A stretch of 64,000 nt of DNA, taken from positions 1 to 64,000 of the forward strand of contig JBMORE010000167.1 of assembly GCA_049322255.1 (NCBI GenBank), in the 5' to 3' direction. This DNA is from Myxococcota bacterium (GTDB taxonomy: Bacteria > Myxococcota > Myxococcia > Myxococcales > Myxococcaceae). Every line of letters starts with the position of its first letter. Position 1 is the stretch's first letter. Below the pieces are notes generated by a model, which did no database searches, was not told where the DNA came from, and was given only the letters and a program-made list of their open reading frames with translations. The translations under genes were made by a program, and so were the position numbers. Positions 19,764 to 26,625 of the stretch are shown here, piece by piece.

Positions 19764-20816
19764 ATGTCCAAAAAAGCCACCAAATCCCCTCTCCCTTTGG
19801 GAGAGGGTAAGGGTGAGGGGCGCCAACTCCGTCGCGTTGACCCCCCGCTTCCGCTCGAGCGCGGCTTGTTGGTGCGCATGCACGAGCTGATGGTGAAGGC
19901 GCGGGTGCTCGAAGAGCGCCTCATTCAGATGTACCGCCAAGGCCACGGCTACTTCTGGATTGGCGGGCCGGGCGAGGAGGCGTTCAACGTCCCCTTGGGC
20001 CTTTTGATGACGGCGGGCGAGGGGCTCGACTACGACTACTTGCACGCGCACTACCGGCAGAGCGCGACGCTGCTTGCGCTGGGCGAGGAACCCATCGGTG
20101 CCTTGCGCCAGATGAAGAACACCGCCACCGACCCCTACTCGGGAGGCCGCAACTTCGCCGGTCACTTCGCGGTGAAGCGGCTCAACTTCGTGCCCGTGAG
20201 CTCGCCCATCGAGGTGCAGTACGCGATGGCGCCGGGTACCGCGCGAGCGCAGAAGCGTCACGGGGGCGACGCCATCACCATCGTCACTGGCGGCGATGCG
20301 GGCACCGCCGAGGGGGACTTCGCCTCCTGCCTGGTGTGGAGCAGCCGTCCGGGCGAGGAGCTGCCCGTTCTCATCGTGGTCACCAACAACCAGTGGGGCA
20401 TCTCCACTCCCTATGCACAGGTGCAGGGCTGCCCGCGCATCTCCGACCGCGGCAAAGCCTTCGGCATGCGCACCAAGACCATCGACGGTAACGACGCGGT
20501 GGCCTCCTACCTCGAGCTCAAAGAGGCGATGACCTACGTGCGAAAGGAGCGCAAGCCGTTCCTCCTCGAGGCGATGGTCTCGCGGCTGTACGGGCACTCC
20601 TCGGCGTCGGGCGCCAACCCGGTGGAGGGAGAGCTCGACTGCATCGCCGCCTTCGAGGAGCGGCTCGAGCGCCACGGGGTGCTCTCACGCGAAGAGATGA
20701 ACGAGGTGCGCCGCCGCTGGACCGAAGAGCTCGCCCAAGCCGCGCGGCAGGTGCGCGACGAGCCGCCGCCGGCCCCCGAGTCCATCTGGAACCACATCTA
20801 CGCGGAGAAGGAATAG
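19764..20816 (+). CDS. 2-oxoacid (branched-chain type, Esg-like) dehydrogenase E1 alpha
   Basis: ThDP motif GDAGTAEGDF..NNQWGIS; RLYGHSSAS. Confidence 0.9.
   Translation: MSKKATKSPLPLGEGKGEGRQLRRVDPPLPLERGLLVRMHELMVKARVLEERLIQMYRQGHGYFWIGGPGEEAFNVPLGLLMTAGEGLDYDYLHAHYRQSATLLALGEEPIGALRQMKNTATDPYSGGRNFAGHFAVKRLNFVPVSSPIEVQYAMAPGTARAQKRHGGDAITIVTGGDAGTAEGDFASCLVWSSRPGEELPVLIVVTNNQWGISTPYAQVQGCPRISDRGKAFGMRTKTIDGNDAVASYLELKEAMTYVRKERKPFLLEAMVSRLYGHSSASGANPVEGELDCIAAFEERLERHGVLSREEMNEVRRRWTEELAQAARQVRDEPPPAPESIWNHIYAEKE
19786..19820 (+). repeat. REP-like palindromic element, copy 1 (in frame in the E1 alpha N-terminus if ATG 19764 is the start)
   Basis: CCCCTCTCCC-TTT-GGGAGAGGG-TAA-GGGTGAGGGG, encoding SPLPLGEGKGEG. 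Confidence 0.85.
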
Positions 20817-20819
20817 CTC

Positions 20820-21875
20820 ATGGCGAACATGGCACAGGCCATTCGCATGGCGCTCCACTACGCCGAGGAGAAGCTGGGGGTCACCGACATCTTCGGGGAG
20901 GACGTGGGCCCGCCCTTGGGTGGCGTCTTCACCTGCACCCAGGGTCTGAAGACCGCCTGGAATTCGCCGCTGGATGAGCGCGGCATCATCGGCATGGCGA
21001 TGGGGCTGGCGCTCGCCGGTCAGCGCCCGGTCGCCGAGATTCAGTTCTGCGACTACATCTACAACACCATCGACCTGCTCAAGCTCGCCGGCGGCACCCA
21101 CTGGAGCTCGAACGGCCAGTTCAATCTGCCGATGGTGGTGATGACCCCGGTGGGGAGCGGCATTCGCGGGTCCATCTACCACTCGCATTCCTTCGACGCG
21201 ACGGCCACCCACATTCCGGGATGGAAGATTGTCATGCCCTCCACACCGCTCGACGCGTACGGGCTGATGCTCTCCGCCTGCCAAGACCGAAACCCGGTGA
21301 TGTACCTGCCGCCCAAAGCGCTCCTGCGCATCAAGGGCGAGGAGCTGATTCCCGGTGAGCCAACCGACGAGCGCGCCCTGTCGAAGATGATCGACGCGCC
21401 GCTGGGCGACCGCTCGAGGTGGACGCCGCAGTGGCCGGTGCTCGAGGGCTACAAGGTGCCCATCGGTGAAGCGAAGGTGGTGCGCGCAGGGAGCCAGCTG
21501 ACGGTGGTGAGCTACGGGCGCACCCTGCCCTTGTGCGCGAAGGCCGCCGCCGCGCTGGCCGAAGAGGGCGTGGACGCCGAGGTCATCGACCTGCGCAGCT
21601 TGTGGCCCTACGACTGGGAGGCGGTGAAGCGCTCCGTCAGTAAGACCGGCCGGGTGCTCTACGTGAACGAGGACACCGAGGTGACCAACTTCGGCGAGCA
21701 TCTCCTCCGGCGTACGGTGGAGGAGCTGTTCTACGAGCTCTACGCCCCGCCCAAGCTGCTCGCGGGAAAGTTCGTCCCCGGCATCGGTTTGGCCGACGCG
21801 CTGGAGATGGCGTCGGTGCCGCAGCTTGCCGACATCACCGAGGCGATTCGCGCGCTGGCTGAGCAGGCTCCCTAG
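20820..21875 (+). CDS. 2-oxoacid dehydrogenase E1 beta
   Basis: FGEDVG..GGVF, PLDERGIIG, PVAEIQF.DY, EVIDLRSL.P.D; 3 nt after the alpha gene. Confidence 0.92.
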   Translation: MANMAQAIRMALHYAEEKLGVTDIFGEDVGPPLGGVFTCTQGLKTAWNSPLDERGIIGMAMGLALAGQRPVAEIQFCDYIYNTIDLLKLAGGTHWSSNGQFNLPMVVMTPVGSGIRGSIYHSHSFDATATHIPGWKIVMPSTPLDAYGLMLSACQDRNPVMYLPPKALLRIKGEELIPGEPTDERALSKMIDAPLGDRSRWTPQWPVLEGYKVPIGEAKVVRAGSQLTVVSYGRTLPLCAKAAAALAEEGVDAEVIDLRSLWPYDWEAVKRSVSKTGRVLYVNEDTEVTNFGEHLLRRTVEELFYELYAPPKLLAGKFVPGIGLADALEMASVPQLADITEAIRALAEQAP

Positions 21876-21912
21876 CCTGATGACATTCCAGGGCTCGATA
21901 CCCAACGGGCGG

Positions 21913-22722
21913 TCACTTCGAAAACACCGCGTTGATGACGGCGACGGCTTTCTTGACCGCCAGAGCCATCTGGGCAGAAGCATCGGGCGCATCTTTGGCA
22001 GGCTGTAAGTCCTGACCGATGGTGAGCGCGTCTCCGAGCTTCTTGCCGGCAAACTGCCCGAGGAACGGGGGCGCCTCGATGGTTTTGGTGGACGGGTTCT
22101 TGAGAACGCGGACGCCGCTCACCGTGCCTCGCGTGTCCATCGCGACAGCAATGGAGATGGGCCCCTGGGGCGACTCGGCCGACACGAACTGCGCCACTGC
22201 GAAGCGTTTGCCCCCCTTGAGCGCGAAGTAGAAGGTGGGAACCTTGTCTTCATCGGTGAGGGTGACTCCCCGCTGCTCGACGCGGGTGACCTGCTCGGGC
22301 TTGAGCGTTCCTTCGATGGCCGCGAACGCGTCGGCGCTTGGGAACAGCGGGCGGAGCTGCTCCTCCGGGATGAAGGCCTTCTCCGCCTCGGCGAGCCAGT
22401 CGCCAATCGTGGCTGGTGTGCTCCGGTCGTCGCCGGCATTCGAGCGCTTGGTTATCTCTTCGAGGTTCGCGATGCGGTCCCCGTCGGAATCCTTCTGCTC
22501 GATTCTCGCGAAGGCCGGCAGGTTGGCGCCCGCTCGGAGGTAGTCGCGCCCATAGTCGTTGATGGCCGAGCCACCGCCAGCGCTATGGCAGAGGCTGCAG
22601 CTGATGCGATAGCCGTACTTGGCTTGGTACAAGCGCGAGTACGCAGGGAGCGCCGCTGCAGGCAACGACACGAGCGCGAGAGCGCAGAAGGTGACGGCCT
22701 GAAAGAGGCGCGTCGCGGACAT
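21913..22722 (-). CDS. Exported monoheme c-type cytochrome domain fused to an FMN_bind-like domain
   Basis: Signal peptide; ALPAYSR..CSLCH..NDYGRDY; DSDGD Ca-binding-like motif; C-terminal half paralogous to 22722-23270. Confidence 0.8.
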   Translation of the reverse strand: MSATRLFQAVTFCALALVSLPAAALPAYSRLYQAKYGYRISCSLCHSAGGGSAINDYGRDYLRAGANLPAFARIEQKDSDGDRIANLEEITKRSNAGDDRSTPATIGDWLAEAEKAFIPEEQLRPLFPSADAFAAIEGTLKPEQVTRVEQRGVTLTDEDKVPTFYFALKGGKRFAVAQFVSAESPQGPISIAVAMDTRGTVSGVRVLKNPSTKTIEAPPFLGQFAGKKLGDALTIGQDLQPAKDAPDASAQMALAVKKAVAVINAVFSK

Positions 22723-23270
22723 CACTTCGTCCCCAGTCGAAGTCCCGCCATTGCGATGAGCAGGGCGCGCCGCACACCGGTCGCCAATGCCTGCGCCGAC
22801 TTCTCAGCGCCAGCGGGAGCCTTCACGTCCTCCCCGACTCGGAAGGGGTCCGCTGCCTTCTTGCCCTCGAGCTTGGAAAGAAACTCCTTGGATGCCACCG
22901 AGCTCGGCTCGCTGTGCTCGTAGAGCACCACGCGCTGCACGGCGGCTGCTGGCGTCATGGCAACGCCCATCTCGACCTCGCCGTTCTCTCCGGCGACATC
23001 GAGAAAGAAAACGACACCCATGGTCCGTCCATCGGAGCCGGTCCCGATATAGAAGGTAGGGTTTTTGTCCTCGGTTCCGATGCGGCTACCGAGAGTCTTC
23101 TCAATCCATTCGATTTGCGCTGTTCCGAGGACGACCTGCTTTTGCGTGAACTTTTTTGCCTCGGGCATGGCCTCGGCGAGGCGCTTGCCGGGCCACGAAC
23201 GTTGGTGCGCTTCGGCCAGGGCGGGAGCGAGCCCGAGGGTGAGTACCAACCATGCAGTGAGTGCTTTCAT
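22722..23270 (-). CDS. Exported FMN_bind-like domain protein lacking the [ST]GA[ST] motif
   Basis: GGGAGG SD, ATG 23270, signal peptide; layout G..GEVEMGVAM..V..VV.YEHSE..EFLSKLEGKK resembles FMN_bind proteins. Confidence 0.75.
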   Translation of the reverse strand: MKALTAWLVLTLGLAPALAEAHQRSWPGKRLAEAMPEAKKFTQKQVVLGTAQIEWIEKTLGSRIGTEDKNPTFYIGTGSDGRTMGVVFFLDVAGENGEVEMGVAMTPAAAVQRVVLYEHSEPSSVASKEFLSKLEGKKAADPFRVGEDVKAPAGAEKSAQALATGVRRALLIAMAGLRLGTK

Positions 23271-23287
23271 CGAGCTTCCTCCCGTCT

Positions 23288-24574
23288 TCAGAACGCCATC
23301 AAAATTTGACTGCCTGCAACCCAGGCGACGTCCTCGCCGACGACGAGCCGTTGGTTCCCCTGGAAAAACACGCGCAGCCAGGATTCGTCCGTCAGGTTGT
23401 AGGTCATCGCCGCGCCCATCGCGCCGATGCGGGGCGTGTCCGGTCGCCCGTCGGTGAACCAGTCGTACTGCAGCTGTGCCGTGAGTTTCTGTGGCCGAAT
23501 CGTCCAGTCGGTGCGGAAGTACCAAGCCTGAACGACGAAGGTCTGACCTTCGTCGCGGTCTTTGCCAATCGTGTACTCCCCCGAGAACTTGAGCTTGCGG
23601 TAGTTCCATCTTCCGTCGAGCGAAACACGTTCTTTTCGGATGATTCGGTGCTGTTCATAGAACCCGCCGAACAGCATGGCGTCACCCGCTTGGAACCCAT
23701 CCGCTGCGAGCACCGGGTAGGCATCGCCATAAAAGCCAGACAGGCCCCAATTGGGCAGGTTGCCTTTGAAGTCGGTGCCCAGGCGCACGTAGAACGGGTG
23801 AAAGGACGAGTCCTGCGGCGTCTTCACCGTCGCGGCGATTTGCCCATCCAGACCCACCACGTCGCGAAGGACAAAGTCCGGCCCCATCGCCACCGCGCCG
23901 ACGAGCTCGATTGGCCCTAAGAATCCGGCGACCTCGATGGCTCGGTCGGACAGAATACCGATGGTCCGGTATTCGGTTGTCCGCAGAGGGTTCGCGGGTG
24001 CGTCGAGCTTGGCGTCGACCCCGTAACGAAGGCGCATTCGCCCTATGCGGAACGCCATTCCGTCGGCGAGCCACGGGAGGTTGGAGAACGTCGCGTAGAC
24101 GAAGCCATGGTCCTGACCAACAACGGTGCCGACGTCGCTGGTCAAGAGGAGCTGCTCGGCGAGGATAGAAATGTAGTCGCCGATGTTCGTGGTGAAGAAC
24201 AGCTCGTTGACGTGAATCATGTACATCCCCGAGGGCATCTCCTTGGGGAAGAGGAAGCGGTAGTCGAGCGTCCCGCCGAAGACGAGGCTGCCAGTGCCTC
24301 CCGTCCCGCCCGCAGCGGAGGGCGCTGGCGGAGCTCCCAACTCAGGCTGGTCAAGCTGAAGCCCGCCCTGCTGTTCGTCCGACGGAGGGGGCGGCTCGAG
24401 CGTCGTCTCTTTCGGAGGAGGCTCGGGAGTTGGCGTTTGGGCCATGAGCCAACGCTGAAGCGGGCCTGGACGAAAGAAGCGTTCGAAATAGCCGCGGTCC
24501 GGTGTTTCGGCGCGGACCACCGCGGGCGCAACAGATACAGCGAGCGCAACGGCGACGATCACGGAAGGCCGCAT
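23288..24574 (-). CDS. Outer-membrane beta-barrel (porin O/P-like) with Pro-rich N-terminal linker
   Basis: Signal peptide; amphipathic strands (FRIGRMRLRYG, SLDGRWNY, FSGEY, AQLQYDWF); terminal Phe; TGATG coupling to the upstream gene. Confidence 0.8.
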   Translation of the reverse strand: MRPSVIVAVALAVSVAPAVVRAETPDRGYFERFFRPGPLQRWLMAQTPTPEPPPKETTLEPPPPSDEQQGGLQLDQPELGAPPAPSAAGGTGGTGSLVFGGTLDYRFLFPKEMPSGMYMIHVNELFFTTNIGDYISILAEQLLLTSDVGTVVGQDHGFVYATFSNLPWLADGMAFRIGRMRLRYGVDAKLDAPANPLRTTEYRTIGILSDRAIEVAGFLGPIELVGAVAMGPDFVLRDVVGLDGQIAATVKTPQDSSFHPFYVRLGTDFKGNLPNWGLSGFYGDAYPVLAADGFQAGDAMLFGGFYEQHRIIRKERVSLDGRWNYRKLKFSGEYTIGKDRDEGQTFVVQAWYFRTDWTIRPQKLTAQLQYDWFTDGRPDTPRIGAMGAAMTYNLTDESWLRVFFQGNQRLVVGEDVAWVAGSQILMAF

Positions 24575-25278
24575 CAAGGCCCACCCCTTCCCAGCCACAT
24601 GTCCCGAAGGAGCGCGAGAGCCATCACGGCGAAGCCAAGCGAGAAGAACACGCCGGTCGCGATGGACAGGAGCTCGAATCCGGCACCTGCGTATTTCGTG
24701 AGCCACCACGAACCGATGTCGCCGATGACTCCAACGAGTGCCAGGGTCACGATTGCGCTGGAGAAAGCGGACGTGCGACGGCTCAACCCGTAGGCAAGTC
24801 CCGTCAAACCCTCCATCGTCGCGATGCCCATCAGGTGGGCATGGGAGAGCGCGCTCAGGCGTGCAGGCTTGAGGTAGCGGAAGTACTCCTCCGTCGAGGA
24901 ATAGACGACGCGCGTGTCCAGGTAGACAGTGACGGCGGCGACCAGGTGCGCTGCAGCGAACACCGCCACCGTGAGCGTCAACGCGAGCTTGGCTGGCAAG
25001 GGCCAGTTGCCGAGGTGCAGAGGAGGCTCTCCCTTGCCGTCAGCGCGTTTCCCGGCGAGCGCTGCCGCTCCCACGGCAGCAAGGAGGAGAGCCACCGAAC
25101 CCGCGGCCCAGATTTTCGATGCACTCGTCTTGGCCACTTGCTGAACGGACTCAGGAGGAATCTCCGTTTCTTCGAGGTTCAGGCCGCCCTCTTCCTGGTC
25201 GGCACCTGCCGTCTGCGCTGCCGTTGGACCGGCAGCCAGGAACGCCACAGTGGCCAGGAGTCCAAACCGCACCCGCAT
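24574..25278 (-). CDS. Inner-membrane protein, ~5 TM after a signal-like leader, with SHAHLMG motif
   Basis: Hydrophobic segments; membrane-proximal His (AAHLV, SHAHL); DIGSWWLTK. Confidence 0.8.
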   Translation of the reverse strand: MRVRFGLLATVAFLAAGPTAAQTAGADQEEGGLNLEETEIPPESVQQVAKTSASKIWAAGSVALLLAAVGAAALAGKRADGKGEPPLHLGNWPLPAKLALTLTVAVFAAAHLVAAVTVYLDTRVVYSSTEEYFRYLKPARLSALSHAHLMGIATMEGLTGLAYGLSRRTSAFSSAIVTLALVGVIGDIGSWWLTKYAGAGFELLSIATGVFFSLGFAVMALALLRDMWLGRGGP

Positions 25279-25280
25279 GT

Positions 25281-26432
25281 TTAGAACTCCCAGTCGAGCT
25301 GAAACATCACCTGTCGCTCGTACTGCCGCGCTGTCGTCAGCGGGAACTGGACGCCGAGGCCCACGGTGGCAGCAGAGCTCCCCAGGCCGATCTTCACGGC
25401 GGGCAAAAGGTAGATCGTGGTGTGCTCAGGACTGAATTCCCCGCGGTTCTCGACCAAGGCGTAGATGCGCCCCGCTGGACGGAACTGCAGGGCAGCCTCG
25501 TAGGAAACCTCGACTTCGGAAGCCGTGGGCGAGACGTGCACGTTCGCATCGAGAAGGACGCGGTTGGCCCAGCCCACCGCGCCGGAGACGCCGGCGCCTC
25601 CGCGCACCGACGGTCCATCTCCACGCACCGTTGGCCACGAGACTTCGCCAAAAATCGAAATCCCCTGGGAACCGTCCGCATTTTGGAAAATGGCGAACTG
25701 AAGCATCAGCTCGCTGCCGTGGTCCTCCGCTGCCTCGTCGGCCGTTCCAGCTCCGGCATTGGTGATCGCATCGTTTCGCAGGTGCAGGCCCAGACGGGGC
25801 AGGATGCCTGCCTCAACGTGAAAGGCGGCGTCGTTCCCCGCGCCCAGCTCGCCCGCCCGGCGAATGCCGGTCACGCGAACGCTTGCGCCACCCGGAGGGT
25901 CGGGCATGCCCATGTGGGCGAGGAAGGGATGCGTCATCATCACGGCCTCCGCCTCGGCCACAGGTGGTTGCTGACGAGAGATGGACAGCGGGAAGTCCAC
26001 GGACACCGGCGAGGAGTCTGGAAGGGCGACTGACGCGACGACGAGGTATTCGCCCGCCGGCGGTGGCTTGAAGTGCGCGCCGAAGACACCAGCCTCCGCT
26101 TCGGAGTGGGCTGGTGTGGGCGGCGCCACGTCACCACCATTGAGGGTGAGCTTCAGCGTGACAGCAGCCTCGGGGACCGGGACATGGCTGCCAAGAACTG
26201 GATCGGGTGGTTCGATGTGCCGTTCGATTTTGACCTCGATCTCCAGCTCCTCCGCCCCTTGGGTGGCACTGCCCGAGAGGCGAAGCTGTCCGGCGTTCTT
26301 GGTCCCAAGCGCCACGGTGGGCGCCGCTCCCGCTTCGGCCTTCGGCATCTTCTTCCCGTGGGCCAAGGCAACGGAGGGTCCAAAGGACAACCCCGCTATC
26401 AACAGCACCGGTCCAATTCTTGAGTGCTCCAC
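25281..26432 (-). CDS. Exported protein: YtkA/FixH-like Ig domain + His/Met motif + C-terminal beta-barrel
   Basis: GAGGAGG SD before GTG 26432; signal peptide ending ALA-H; GVFGAHFKPPPAGEYLV; MMTHPFLAHMGMPD; ends QLDWEF. Confidence 0.78.
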   Translation of the reverse strand: MEHSRIGPVLLIAGLSFGPSVALAHGKKMPKAEAGAAPTVALGTKNAGQLRLSGSATQGAEELEIEVKIERHIEPPDPVLGSHVPVPEAAVTLKLTLNGGDVAPPTPAHSEAEAGVFGAHFKPPPAGEYLVVASVALPDSSPVSVDFPLSISRQQPPVAEAEAVMMTHPFLAHMGMPDPPGGASVRVTGIRRAGELGAGNDAAFHVEAGILPRLGLHLRNDAITNAGAGTADEAAEDHGSELMLQFAIFQNADGSQGISIFGEVSWPTVRGDGPSVRGGAGVSGAVGWANRVLLDANVHVSPTASEVEVSYEAALQFRPAGRIYALVENRGEFSPEHTTIYLLPAVKIGLGSSAATVGLGVQFPLTTARQYERQVMFQLDWEF

Positions 26433-26466
26433 GACATCCTCCTCGAACAAGTTGGCAGCACTCGTG

Positions 26467-26482
26467 AGCAATAGGGGTGCCA
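26467..26482 (-). promoter_or_regulatory. Sigma-54 (-24/-12) promoter for the 26432->21913 operon
   Basis: Minus strand reads TGGCAC-CCCTA-TTGCT, matching TGGCAC-N5-TTGCW, 34 nt upstream of the GTG start. Confidence 0.8.
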
Positions 26483-26625
26483 GCACAAAAGTGGAGGGCG
26501 CCCGGGCTCCGTGCGCAGGGATTACCGCCCAGCCGAGATTCGCGGCAAGTTGTGCGCGAGAGGAAGAGAGCTCAACTGTGATCGGCGTTGTTACACGCTC
26601 ATCGGCAGAATCGATTGCCTCAGGC

